From: Patescibacteria group bacterium | GTDB lineage: Bacteria; Patescibacteriota; Microgenomatia; UBA1400; PJMF01 | Assembly: GCA_016861085.1 (NCBI GenBank) | Contig: BOKR01000001.1 | Location: forward strand, 579,271-643,270 | Direction: 5' to 3' | Length of the DNA stretch: 64,000 nucleotides | In this document: positions 19,628-29,358 of the stretch, one piece after another | How the letters are laid out: each line of letters opens with the position of its first letter | Numbering within the stretch: the first letter of the stretch is position 1 | Program-made: the position numbers and the translations under genes | The notes under the pieces: model-generated | Told to the model about the DNA's origin: nothing | Databases searched by the model: none | The model's input: the letters and a program-made list of their open reading frames with translations, nothing else

Positions 19628-21039
19628 TTCTCTTTAGGCATCACTACCTTGATATGCAATTCTGTCAATTGTTTTTCAGAAACTTCTGCAGGAGCATCCA
19701 TAACTGCTGTTTTTCCAGACGCTGTCATAGGAAACGCTATAGCTTCTCTCAGTGAAGTTTCTCCTGCTAATAACATTACAAGACGATCTAGGCCTAATGC
19801 AATACCTCCATGTGGAGGGGTTCCAACTTCAAACGCTTCAAGCATATGCCCAATCCCAGACTGAATTTCTTCCTCACTGTACCCCATGATCTTAAACGTT
19901 GCTTTCAAAACATCAGCCCTATGAGCGCGAATACTTCCACCTCCAGCTTCATAGCCATTACAGACTAGGTCATATTGAGCAGTAACAATTTTTTCAATAG
20001 ACTCACCTTTCAAATGCTGTTCAACATGTTCTGGGATCGGAGTAGAAAATGGATTATGAGTAAATGTCCAGCCACTCTTACCATCGGCTACTTCTGCTGC
20101 ATCAGCAGTGTCGACTTTTTTGAAAAATGGAAAGCTAACAACCCAAGCAAAAGCTAGAACACCAGCTTCTTTTTCTTGTTCTGTTCTCAAATCAAACTTA
20201 TCGGCACCAAATTTTTTGATTGCTTCCTCATAAGTAAAAACTGGGAATGTTTCGTCTTTTAGTTTGCCACCAACAGCCTTCACAGCAGACTTTGTCATTT
20301 CTTCAACAGTTTGCATTACATCCTTTTGTTCAACAAAACTCATTTCAATATCAAGTTGGGTAAATTCAAAACCTCTATCAGCACGTAAGTCTTCATCACG
20401 AATACAACGGGCTACTTGAAAATAATTCTCAACCCCAGCAGTCATCAATAATTGTTTATATTGTTGTGGGCTCTGAGGAAGTGCATAAAATTTTCCAGGA
20501 TTAAATCTAGAAGGCACAATAAAATCACGAGCACCTTCCTTTGTTGCTAAAGTAAGCAGCGGAGTTTCAACCTCAACAAATTCCTGTTTGAACAAATATT
20601 CTCGAAATGCTTGAATTAACTTTGAGCGCATTCGCAAAGTTTTTCTCATTCTTTCGCGGCGTAAGTCAAGATAACGATATTTTAGACGAACTTCTTCTTT
20701 AATTTCATACCCATCACCGTCCACTTGAATTGGTAACTCTTTTGCCTTGTTCAAAATGGTATATTCCTTGACTTCGATTTCCACTGTGCCAGTTTCTGAG
20801 TCTTTGTTAACCATTCTTTCCGGTCTAGCTTTTACCAAACCTGTGATAGAAACAACAGACTCCGGGGTTAGATCACCCATCATTTGAAAACCTACACATT
20901 GAACAGATCCAGTGTAATCTCTAACATCTACAAAGGTAATTTTTCCATGATCACGTTTTGTTGCAACCCAACCTTTTAATACAACAGTTTCACCAATTAA
21001 TTTAGGTGTACTACTAATTACTGTACGTTCCTCTAACAT
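19624..21039 (-). CDS. aspS: Aspartate--tRNA ligase (class IIb, compact archaeal/ND-like type)
   Basis: N-terminal OB fold 'VVLKGWVATKRDHGKITFVDVRD'. Motif 2 'FQVARCIRDEDLRADRGFEFTQLDIEMSF'. Motif 3 'GGIALGLDRLVM'. SD 'AAGGAGAAG' upstream. Confidence 0.8.
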   Translation of the reverse strand: MLEERTVISSTPKLIGETVVLKGWVATKRDHGKITFVDVRDYTGSVQCVGFQMMGDLTPESVVSITGLVKARPERMVNKDSETGTVEIEVKEYTILNKAKELPIQVDGDGYEIKEEVRLKYRYLDLRRERMRKTLRMRSKLIQAFREYLFKQEFVEVETPLLTLATKEGARDFIVPSRFNPGKFYALPQSPQQYKQLLMTAGVENYFQVARCIRDEDLRADRGFEFTQLDIEMSFVEQKDVMQTVEEMTKSAVKAVGGKLKDETFPVFTYEEAIKKFGADKFDLRTEQEKEAGVLAFAWVVSFPFFKKVDTADAAEVADGKSGWTFTHNPFSTPIPEHVEQHLKGESIEKIVTAQYDLVCNGYEAGGGSIRAHRADVLKATFKIMGYSEEEIQSGIGHMLEAFEVGTPPHGGIALGLDRLVMLLAGETSLREAIAFPMTASGKTAVMDAPAEVSEKQLTELHIKVVMPKEK

Positions 21040-21061
21040 ACTTCTCCTTACTTGAAGGCAT

Positions 21062-21236
21062 AAAAAAACACGCCATAGCCTTCTATAATACTAGAAAGGG
21101 CTTTTTGACGTGTATCTAAAAGCGGTGCCACCTTTTCTCTATCTTCATTCCTGCTATTACGGGCATACCCGGCTTTTTACAGCTGCGCGGTTATAAACAC
21201 TTCTCTGTTGTCAGCAGATCTTGGGCGCATTTATAT
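21062..21236 (-). promoter_or_regulatory. Candidate T-box riboswitch leader (Asp specifier) with intrinsic terminator
   Basis: On the mRNA strand there is a short Stem I (UGCGC...GCGCA) with loop CUGACAA (GAC = Asp codon) and AGAGA. Downstream is the T-box core 'AAAAGGUGGCACCGC' (plus 21121..21132). The antiterminator is A1 AAAGG:CCUUU, a 7-nt bulge UGGCACC and A2 GCUUUU:AAAAGC. The competing terminator is ACACGUC...AGCCcUUUCUA-loop-UAGAAGGCU...GGCGUGU + U7 (plus 21062..21110). Confidence 0.5.
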
Positions 21237-21286
21237 ATTTATATTGTATACCAAAGAAGTTAAAAGTATAAGCAGAGATTTTACAA

Positions 21287-22966
21287 CTATTTAGCCTTTA
21301 TATCTCTAATAATTACTTGCGGAAACTGTTTATTTCTCCATTCATTAATGTCTACTGTCCCTACAATTGTAACTGTATCTCCAACCTTCAACTGAGAATA
21401 GTGTCCATTCATTCTCCACCCTAAACAATCAAAAGCTGGCGTCATCTCATCGGTGCTACTACAAACTCTCAGCTTAATATGCTCTTTATCTTTACCAATA
21501 CTTTTTATCTCCTGAATAGTCAGGTCACTTATTTCAAAAACAGGTTGTGGATTTTTCATACCATATGGAGCAAATACTAAGAGAGCAACAACAGTATCTG
21601 CAGAAACTAAAGAAACAGGAATCTGACAGTCAATTGCAAGTGACTTTTCTAAGTGCTCTTTAGATATTGATTCTTTGGCTATCTCAAACAGGCGCATTTT
21701 AATCGTGTCCAGGTTTTCTGGCAAAAAACTAAACCCTGCTGCCATTGGGTGTCCACCCACACTAACAAGTTCCTGCTTTATTTCTCTAAGCATATCGACA
21801 ATATTTACCCCAAAAACCGACCGAGCCGAAGCCTTTGCCAAACCAGCATCTCTGGTAATTGCGATAGCTGGTTTGTGAAATTTTTCTACTAATCCACCCG
21901 CAATCAGCCCCAGAATTCCCTCATGAAATTCTTCAGAAAAAACAATAAGTATGTGCTCTTCTGCAAGTTGTTCTGCCTGCAGTTGGGCCAAGTCAAGCAT
22001 TTGCTTAGTCATATCTTGTCGTGACACGTTTGTATCATTCAACACAGTGGCCAAATCTTCTGCCTGTTTTTTGTTTCTCGTACACAACAATCGCAAAGCA
22101 TCAAGACCATGCTCAAGTCTCCCCATAGCATTAATTCTTGGTGCAATTACAAACCCAACCGTCCCCTCTGAAATTTCGCTTTGAACAATTCCGGCAGCTT
22201 TACAAAGCGCACTGATGCCAACGTTATTACTCACTTGTAAAGCATTGATACCAAACTTCGCAAAGCTTCTGTTGGCACCAAGTAGTGGTACTTGATCAGC
22301 AATTGTTGCAATGCCGGCAAGATCTAAAAGTTGTGAGGCTAGTTTTAAATCTAGTGCTCGAGCCAGCATCCACGCTACTGTCGCTCCACATAGTTGTGTT
22401 GTATGCACTACACAGTTAGCACTAGGAAAAATTGGTTTTTCTTCAATATATTCTGGTTGATGATGATCTGTTAAAACTACTGCTATGCCTTTTTGTCTTG
22501 CATACGCAATTGCTTCATGAGCCACAACACCGTTATCAACTGTGATAATAATTTTTGGGTCATGAGACTCAATAATTTCCTCAATTGCTGTTTGAGAGAT
22601 ACCATATCCATGTTTTTCCCTATGGGGGATAAAAGGAACTGGGTGATTCAGCCCTTCGGGATGCTCAATCTTGTAAAGTTTAAACAAGACTTGCCATAAG
22701 ATAGCGCTGGCACAAATTCCATCGACATCATAGTCACCAAAAATAACAATCTTTTCATCATCAATAATCGCTTTTTTGATAAAAGCAACAGCAGCCGTAA
22801 ACTGTTTTGTATCAAAACCGACGGCCTTGTTCTTTAATTTTTCCGGATGCATTGGATTCAAAAACTCCTCTATAGCACTTTTTGGGATTCCTCGATTTTC
22901 AAGTATGATTTCTGTAAGCTGCTTCGTATTTTCTGGAATCTTTTCAGATTTCTTATTCCATTTCAT
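21287..22966 (-). CDS. recJ: Single-stranded-DNA-specific exonuclease RecJ
   Basis: DHH motifs ('DYDVDGICAS', 'VVLTDHHQP') and a DHHA1-like C-terminal region. 559 aa. Confidence 0.85.
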   Translation of the reverse strand: MKWNKKSEKIPENTKQLTEIILENRGIPKSAIEEFLNPMHPEKLKNKAVGFDTKQFTAAVAFIKKAIIDDEKIVIFGDYDVDGICASAILWQVLFKLYKIEHPEGLNHPVPFIPHREKHGYGISQTAIEEIIESHDPKIIITVDNGVVAHEAIAYARQKGIAVVLTDHHQPEYIEEKPIFPSANCVVHTTQLCGATVAWMLARALDLKLASQLLDLAGIATIADQVPLLGANRSFAKFGINALQVSNNVGISALCKAAGIVQSEISEGTVGFVIAPRINAMGRLEHGLDALRLLCTRNKKQAEDLATVLNDTNVSRQDMTKQMLDLAQLQAEQLAEEHILIVFSEEFHEGILGLIAGGLVEKFHKPAIAITRDAGLAKASARSVFGVNIVDMLREIKQELVSVGGHPMAAGFSFLPENLDTIKMRLFEIAKESISKEHLEKSLAIDCQIPVSLVSADTVVALLVFAPYGMKNPQPVFEISDLTIQEIKSIGKDKEHIKLRVCSSTDEMTPAFDCLGWRMNGHYSQLKVGDTVTIVGTVDINEWRNKQFPQVIIRDIKAK

Positions 22967-23044
22967 ATAAGTACTATACCACTAGCTAATAGTTTTGCTG
23001 CTATTGATACACCTGCGTCTTCCCTGGTACAATGTGCCCATACT

Positions 23045-24607
23045 ATGCTTGAATCACAAACAATTTCTGTCTCAGTTGAAGCACTCTACATTTTATACGT
23101 ACTTCAAAAAAATGGCTTTGAAGGCTATATGGTTGGTGGGGCAGTTCGTGACACACTCATTACTGTTTCATCACTTTCAGCAGCTGATTATGACTTTACT
23201 ACCAATGCAAAACCAGAACAAATTCAAAAGATCTTTCCCGAACATTTTTATGAAAATATCTATGGAACAGTAGGAGTTGCTCGTGAACACTTGCTTGAAC
23301 AAATGGATAGACAGAATGCATCTCAACTACTTGAATCAGCTAATAGAGAAAAGTCAGTTATTGATTTGGACACAGCAACAAAAATCCATGAATCGTTGCA
23401 AAAAAAATCGCTAGAAAGTGAAAACCAACAAACACAACCAAAGGATATTTACGAGATTACCACTTTTAGGTCTGACGGTACCTATGCTGATCATCGTCGT
23501 CCCGACCAAGTAACTTGGGGAAATTCTCTTAAAGAAGATCTAGACCGTCGCGACTTTACTATTAATGCGTTAGCAATTCAAGTGAAACTGTCAGTACTAG
23601 AAAAAATTAATTATAGTACTGCACCTGATGTAATAACTATAGCACCAAGCGATTATACAGTTATAGATCTTCATGATGGTATTCTTGATCTCACCAATCA
23701 GGTCATAAAAACTGTTGGTGACCCAAACAGACGTTTTTCTGAAGATGCCCTAAGGATGCTACGTGCTATTCGTTTCAGCGTACAACTAAACATGAAAATT
23801 GAGAAAAGTACGTTTGAGGCTATTGTGACCAATGCACAGTTACTCAAACATGTTAGTTTTGAAAGAATTCGAGATGAATTCTTAAAGATGCTCAAAAGTA
23901 ACTTCCCCAAAGAAGCAATCCTCATGTTAGACGAAACCGGATTACTCAAATATATTTTGCCTGAACTATTAGATGGTAAAGGAGTAAACCAAGGAGGTCA
24001 TCATACAACCGATGTATGGACCCACAACCTTGACGCAATCGCCAACTGCCCATCAAAAGATCCTATTGTTCGTCTAGCAACCTTACTGCATGACATTGCC
24101 AAACCTCATACGTACAAAGAAACCGATAACAAACCAACCTTTTATAATCATGAAATTATTGGTTCTCGGATAGCAAAACAGATAGCCCAGAGATTAAAAC
24201 TATCAAAACGTGACATTGAGAGAATATTTTTGTTGGTGCGGTATCACATGTTTTATTACCAACCGGAACACACAGATGCATCTATCCGAAGATTTATGCG
24301 AAAAGTGGGTCTAGAAAATATTAATGATATATTGGACTTACGTGAAGCAGATCGTTTGGGCAGTGGTGCTCGAAAAACAAGTTGGAGACTTGAAGAGATG
24401 AAAGAACGCATGATTGCACAACTGCATCAGCCGTTTGCTATCACTGACATGGCTATTAATGGCCATGACCTAATGGACAATCTGCAACTAACACCAGGGC
24501 CAAAATTGGGAGAAGTTCTTAACAAACTTTTTGAGCTTGTTTTGGAAAATCCAGAATTAAACACAAAAGCAACATTGCTTACTGAAGCAAAAAAACTACT
24601 CTCTTAG
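23045..24607 (+). CDS. cca: CCA-adding tRNA nucleotidyltransferase with HD domain
   Basis: 'MVGGAVRDTLI' head-domain motif and an HD region ('LLHDIAKP'). The ORF-track start at 22847 overlaps recJ on the other strand, so the internal ATG at 23045 is preferred. Confidence 0.7.
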   Translation: MLESQTISVSVEALYILYVLQKNGFEGYMVGGAVRDTLITVSSLSAADYDFTTNAKPEQIQKIFPEHFYENIYGTVGVAREHLLEQMDRQNASQLLESANREKSVIDLDTATKIHESLQKKSLESENQQTQPKDIYEITTFRSDGTYADHRRPDQVTWGNSLKEDLDRRDFTINALAIQVKLSVLEKINYSTAPDVITIAPSDYTVIDLHDGILDLTNQVIKTVGDPNRRFSEDALRMLRAIRFSVQLNMKIEKSTFEAIVTNAQLLKHVSFERIRDEFLKMLKSNFPKEAILMLDETGLLKYILPELLDGKGVNQGGHHTTDVWTHNLDAIANCPSKDPIVRLATLLHDIAKPHTYKETDNKPTFYNHEIIGSRIAKQIAQRLKLSKRDIERIFLLVRYHMFYYQPEHTDASIRRFMRKVGLENINDILDLREADRLGSGARKTSWRLEEMKERMIAQLHQPFAITDMAINGHDLMDNLQLTPGPKLGEVLNKLFELVLENPELNTKATLLTEAKKLLS

Positions 24608-25093
24608 TGCTTTTTGCAGTTTCACAAGTGCTAGCATATGGTCAAAAGCTACGTTATCTGGTAATGCATTAAGATCAAACCACTTTGATTCAGTAATTTC
24701 TTTTCCATCAACCTGCATCTCACCAGAAAAGATTCTTGAAACAAAATACATATCTACCACCTGATTTTTGGCTTTATTATTTGGATTTGAAAAGACAGAA
24801 AAAAACTCAAGATGATCAGGATCAACTATAAGACCAGTTTCCTCTAAAAGTTCTCTAGCGGTTCCTTCTTCTAATGTTTCATCCCAACCAATGTATCCAC
24901 CAGGGATATCCCAAAATCCTTTATCAGGCTCTTCACCTCTTTTTACCAACAATACTGAATTTTCTTTTATTAATAGCGCATTTACAGCCATTGTTCTTGA
25001 GTTAAACCTACCACATGTCCTACAGTACTCACCTTTAGGAATTTTCCCTACCGGATTATGTAACCATTCTTCATGTTGTTCTTGAGTTATCAT
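24596..25093 (-). CDS. NUDIX hydrolase
   Basis: Nudix box 'GGYIGWDETLEEGTARELLEETGL'. May start at the internal M35 (24991). Confidence 0.7.
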   Translation of the reverse strand: MITQEQHEEWLHNPVGKIPKGEYCRTCGRFNSRTMAVNALLIKENSVLLVKRGEEPDKGFWDIPGGYIGWDETLEEGTARELLEETGLIVDPDHLEFFSVFSNPNNKAKNQVVDMYFVSRIFSGEMQVDGKEITESKWFDLNALPDNVAFDHMLALVKLQKALRE

Positions 25094-25965
25094 TTTTTTG
25101 ACTTCTTTTTGGCAACAATATCATCCCACAATAATAGTAAAGGAGCAGCTGTAAATGTAGAAGAGTATGTACCAGTGATCGCACCAATTAACAAAGCCAC
25201 TGCAAACCAGCGAATTGTCGTGCCACCAAGTAAGGACAATGCAGCAAGCATAACGATAATTGTCACTGAGTTATTGATAGAACGACTCAACGTTTCCACA
25301 ACCGCCATGTTTACGACCATCTTGAAATCAGTACCACCGTGCTTGCGTTTAAGCTCTCTGATTCTGTCGTAAACAACAATAGTATCGTGAACTGAGAATG
25401 AGAGTGTTGTTAGTAGTGCTGTAACGAATAATACATCGACCTGAACACCAAAAAAGTGACCTAACAAACTGAATGAACCAAGTAGCACTAAAGAGTCATG
25501 AAACATTGCCAAGATAGCACTCACACCATATTTAAGCTCACTAAACTGTCTCCAAACATACATTGTAATTATGCTCGCCACAAGTAACAAAGCTGTCAAT
25601 GTTTTGAGTAGTAACTCCTTGCTTAATGTTGGACCAACTGATTCAAATCTCAGCTCCTGTACCTCACCAATATTCTCAGTGAGCTTGCCAAGAGCAATAA
25701 CCTTTGTTTCATTTGCGATATCAACTCCTTCAACGACAAATCTGTTTTCTTCAGTTTCTTGAACTTGTTGCACCTGATATACTCCAGAAATAATTTCTTG
25801 TATTTTTTCTTTTGAAACATCCTGTTTTGCTGTAATTTCTAAAAGAGAACCACCTACAAAATCAATTGAGGGTTTGAATCCAAAAAACAATAATGAAAAA
25901 ATACAAGGAATGAGTACGAGCAAGGAAATAGCAAAATATACAGTACGGAATCTCATTATGTTCAT
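25090..25965 (-). CDS. secF: Protein-export membrane protein SecF
   Basis: SecD/SecF family 6-TM C-terminal region. 4-nt overlap with the upstream secD. Confidence 0.85.
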   Translation of the reverse strand: MNIMRFRTVYFAISLLVLIPCIFSLLFFGFKPSIDFVGGSLLEITAKQDVSKEKIQEIISGVYQVQQVQETEENRFVVEGVDIANETKVIALGKLTENIGEVQELRFESVGPTLSKELLLKTLTALLLVASIITMYVWRQFSELKYGVSAILAMFHDSLVLLGSFSLLGHFFGVQVDVLFVTALLTTLSFSVHDTIVVYDRIRELKRKHGGTDFKMVVNMAVVETLSRSINNSVTIIVMLAALSLLGGTTIRWFAVALLIGAITGTYSSTFTAAPLLLLWDDIVAKKKSKK

Positions 25966-27347
25966 GATTTGTCACCTTTCAAAAACAGTCGCATGAGCGT
26001 TCTCGTCACTAACACCCCAGTAAATAACGATAGTAAAACACCAAGAAGTAAAGTTATTCCAAATCCCCGAACCAACCCTCCGCTACTTAAAAATGAGAAC
26101 TCCATCGGATTTATCAAAATGAGAGCAGTAATAATAGTTGCCAAATTTGCGTCCTTTATACTATCCCAAGCTCGACCAAATCCAAGCTCGAGTGCAACGT
26201 TAAATGGTTTATTTAAGCGCAACTCCTCTTTCATACGCTCGAAAATAAGGATATTGGAATCAACTGCCATACCAACGGAAAGCAGCAATCCGGCAATTCC
26301 AGGAAGTGTGAGCGTTACCCCAATAATTTTATACAACGCCACAGTTAAGATTGCATAAATAGTCAGAGCAATACTAGCGATCACTCCTTTAGCCCCATAG
26401 TACAAAATCATAAAGAGCATAACTAAACCAATGCCAACAATACCTGCAAACATACTCTTTTGCACTGACTCTTGCCCAAGTGTGGCATTCACATTTCTTT
26501 GCTCCAAAACCTTGATTGGGACTGGCAAAGCACCGGCATTTAATTGAATTTTTAAATTTTGAGCTTCTTCAAATGAAAAACTACCAGTAATAGTAGCCTG
26601 TCCAGTAACAATTGCATCTTGGATTGTAGGAGCCATAATTGGATATCCATCTATTAATATTGCTAGCTGTTCACCAACATGGTTTGAGGTAATATCGGCA
26701 AATAGTTCTCTCCCCTCATCATTGAATTCAATTGCAACGAGTGGCTCACCAGTCTGTGGGTCTGACTGTACAATGGCGCGTTTTAATTGTGCACCAGTCA
26801 ACCCTGTTGGTATAAGTACCGCTTGTGCTGTTGGAGTTGCTTCTTGATCGACCAAGACCCCATCTTCCGCAATTGGAAAAGTTTCTACCCCAAGCAGTTG
26901 AAATTCCAGCTGAGCAGTCTGACCAACTAACAATAGTGCGTCTTCCGGGTTATCAATTCCCGGTAATTCAACAATAATTCTATAGCTTTCATCTTTAACG
27001 ACTGTTTTGACCGTTGGTTCGGCCAGTCCATACATGTCTACTCTTCGTAAAATAATTTCGCGGGCAGCCGACAGTGCTTCTTGACGATCATCTATGCCAA
27101 TAGCACTCATGTCAGCTTCAAGTACAATCTGGATACCTCCTTGAATATCAAGGCCTCGTTTTAGTTCAAATTCTTTATAATATTGCTTACCAAAAAGATT
27201 AAAATCAATCACCGGGCTTGTAAGTGTATATGAAATTTCTCTATTGAATAGTTTGAAGTTGATTGGTAGTTCTTTTGGAAGGGCAATAATTCCAGCAACT
27301 GCCACAATTGCAACAATCAGTAAAAAACGGTTCACATGCTTTCTCAT
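25962..27347 (-). CDS. secD: Protein-export membrane protein SecD
   Basis: Large periplasmic loop plus a conserved TM bundle ('AGIAGLLLSVGMAVDSNILIFERMKEE'). Confidence 0.85.
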   Translation of the reverse strand: MRKHVNRFLLIVAIVAVAGIIALPKELPINFKLFNREISYTLTSPVIDFNLFGKQYYKEFELKRGLDIQGGIQIVLEADMSAIGIDDRQEALSAAREIILRRVDMYGLAEPTVKTVVKDESYRIIVELPGIDNPEDALLLVGQTAQLEFQLLGVETFPIAEDGVLVDQEATPTAQAVLIPTGLTGAQLKRAIVQSDPQTGEPLVAIEFNDEGRELFADITSNHVGEQLAILIDGYPIMAPTIQDAIVTGQATITGSFSFEEAQNLKIQLNAGALPVPIKVLEQRNVNATLGQESVQKSMFAGIVGIGLVMLFMILYYGAKGVIASIALTIYAILTVALYKIIGVTLTLPGIAGLLLSVGMAVDSNILIFERMKEELRLNKPFNVALELGFGRAWDSIKDANLATIITALILINPMEFSFLSSGGLVRGFGITLLLGVLLSLFTGVLVTRTLMRLFLKGDKS

Positions 27348-27370
27348 TAGAAATTGACCTTGCTAAGTTC

Positions 27371-27970
27371 TTACACCCCCGGCAGATTTTTTTCAACAAA
27401 TTCTTCTTCACTACCAATAACCATAACACGGCTTCCATAGAGGACATCCATGATGAACGGATCTCTGCGGGTTTTCCTAAACTCAAACTCATCATCACTG
27501 AAAACCGCATAGTTTATTTCTCTGCCAATTCTGGCTTCTTCTTGTTTCACTAATTGATCTAACTCTGGCAAAACAATGTCTCCTACAACTAACAAATCGA
27601 CTTCACTTTGCCGTGGAGCTAAACCTTTAATGAAACGAGCTGAAAACATCACAAATGTTACGTTTCCTAGTTTTCGACGTGCTTTGCGAATCTTATCGCC
27701 TAAACCTGTATTTTTGGCAACCATTTGTTGCAATTCTTGAAAAAACAAGTACTTTGAGTTAAGGGAATAATACAACCTATTACCACGCTGCTCACTTTTA
27801 AGTATGCCCGAAGTTAACATTCGATCGAGCTCACGCCTCACAGCATTTATCTCTTCTTTGATTTCTCTGGTGATTTCACGAACGTAATACATTTCGTTCT
27901 GGTGAGTGAAGAACATTTCGATCATCTTAACCCTCACCTTTGAAATCATGAAATCTTGTAAGCTATTCAT
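27371..27970 (-). CDS. Hypothetical protein, probable winged-helix DNA-binding regulator
   Basis: N-terminal 'YYVREITREIKEEINAVRRELDRMLTSGILKSEQRGNRLYYSL' resembles a wHTH. The C-terminal alpha/beta domain is of unknown function. Confidence 0.3.
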   Translation of the reverse strand: MNSLQDFMISKVRVKMIEMFFTHQNEMYYVREITREIKEEINAVRRELDRMLTSGILKSEQRGNRLYYSLNSKYLFFQELQQMVAKNTGLGDKIRKARRKLGNVTFVMFSARFIKGLAPRQSEVDLLVVGDIVLPELDQLVKQEEARIGREINYAVFSDDEFEFRKTRRDPFIMDVLYGSRVMVIGSEEEFVEKNLPGV

Positions 27971-27972
27971 AT

Positions 27973-29208
27973 TTAATAGGTAACCTCTGTATCTGTATCT
28001 AATACTGAAATCCAGGTTAACCCTCTCGCAAATTTAATTGGATCACCTTTTCTGTCACTAAAGACTAGCTCTGATTCTCTTGTTGGCTTTGACCAAGTTG
28101 CTTTAACAACTTCACCATTCAAGAAAACTAATGCGTTTCCTGTACCAGTTGTGGTATACAGCATATGTTTAAGCTCGTCAATCGGACCCTTTTCTGTTGT
28201 GAGCAGAACAATAACATTAGCTGCCTCAATTTGCTTATCATTATTTAAATCAATATGCGATTCACCAGCCATTTTTCTTTTATAGGTATTTGTTTCGGCA
28301 ACATACTCCCACTCAACCCCATAATCACTCCAGCCGTTCCAAAATTCATAACTGATAGTTGTGGTAGTTCCTGGCTTTGGAGCTTCCTCTTGGTATGACC
28401 AACCCTTATACGTTTCATTCCAATCATCTCCACCCAAGCTTTTTCTTCCAATGGTTCGCTTTGGAGCAATATTTGTCCAATCTCTATCCTCGGCTACTTC
28501 CCATAGAGCTTCTGTTGTCGTCTCCATAGTGTGTTCTGTAGCGACATCTTTTCCAGTTCTGCTTGCGTTTCTAACGAAAGTTGGATACCCAATTGAGAAT
28601 TGATTCAAGTCGTTCTCAAGGTTCCAACCATAGTCTGCAATCTGTCCGAGTGCATTAGCTGGACCTGGAAGGTTCGCTCCTCCAACATGAACATATAATG
28701 GATAATTAAATCCTGAAGCCCAGTCAACAAAATAACTCCTTGCTGACCGTACCGGGGCTACTGTAGTGTCATACTTTTGAACTCCACAGTAATACATCGC
28801 CATAAAACGAGTAACTCCACCTTCGGCTAACGCCTCAAATACCATATCAGCATCTGAAAGTCCAGATTGTGGTCGAGCATCTGGTGAGTTTTCAATCATA
28901 ATTGCCAGAGGACGTCTCTTTGCCCATGCTTGTTGCTCAGTTTTAGTATAGAGTTTTCCATTGAGTGGACATTCTTGATCTTTTGGTTCAGAAGGATCAA
29001 TCTGCAGTAACAATGCTAATTTTGTTTGCTCTTCCTCAACTAAATCTTCGGTAGTTTTTTTAGTTCCGTCAGAAACTAAAATATCTTGAATAAACCCTGT
29101 CCCAGAGAGAAATGAAAACGTCGCATATGACAAAACTGACGAAGCAATATATAACCCTAGTGTAAATAATAATATTTGTTTATTCATTATTCCTTTCAAA
29201 TTCTCCAC
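27973..29208 (-). CDS. DUF3048 (YerB-like) secreted/lipoprotein-type protein
   Basis: Signal/TM anchor then 'RPLAIMIENSPDARPQSGLSDADMVFEALAEGGVTRFMAMY', matching the conserved DUF3048 N-terminal block. Confidence 0.6.
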   Translation of the reverse strand: MENLKGIMNKQILLFTLGLYIASSVLSYATFSFLSGTGFIQDILVSDGTKKTTEDLVEEEQTKLALLLQIDPSEPKDQECPLNGKLYTKTEQQAWAKRRPLAIMIENSPDARPQSGLSDADMVFEALAEGGVTRFMAMYYCGVQKYDTTVAPVRSARSYFVDWASGFNYPLYVHVGGANLPGPANALGQIADYGWNLENDLNQFSIGYPTFVRNASRTGKDVATEHTMETTTEALWEVAEDRDWTNIAPKRTIGRKSLGGDDWNETYKGWSYQEEAPKPGTTTTISYEFWNGWSDYGVEWEYVAETNTYKRKMAGESHIDLNNDKQIEAANVIVLLTTEKGPIDELKHMLYTTTGTGNALVFLNGEVVKATWSKPTRESELVFSDRKGDPIKFARGLTWISVLDTDTEVTY

Positions 29209-29220
29209 AGAACCTCAAGT

Positions 29221-29358
29221 TTACCTCATATATAAAAATATAGAAAGTAACACAACAAACACAACTGCGGTAACTATTAGTGTCTTTCCTAAATCTTTAT
29301 ATAATAAGTTTACCTGAGTTTCTGAAAAAACTGTAGTTTTAGTTTTTTGTTTAGCCAT
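29221..29358 (-). CDS. Small tail-anchored membrane protein (45 aa), unannotated ORF
   Basis: MAKQKTKTTVFSETQVNLLYKDLGKTLIVTAVVFVVLLSIFLYMR. Its ATG overlaps the rseP stop (ATGGCTAA). One C-terminal TM helix. It is below the ORF-track size cut-off. Confidence 0.25.
   Translation of the reverse strand: MAKQKTKTTVFSETQVNLLYKDLGKTLIVTAVVFVVLLSIFLYMR

Noticed and set aside
22847-23044. Upstream extension of the CCA-enzyme ORF (start at 22847)
   Set aside because: The extension overlaps the 3' end of recJ on the opposite strand by ~120 nt and encodes a hydrophobic low-complexity peptide. The conserved head domain begins right after the ATG at 23045.
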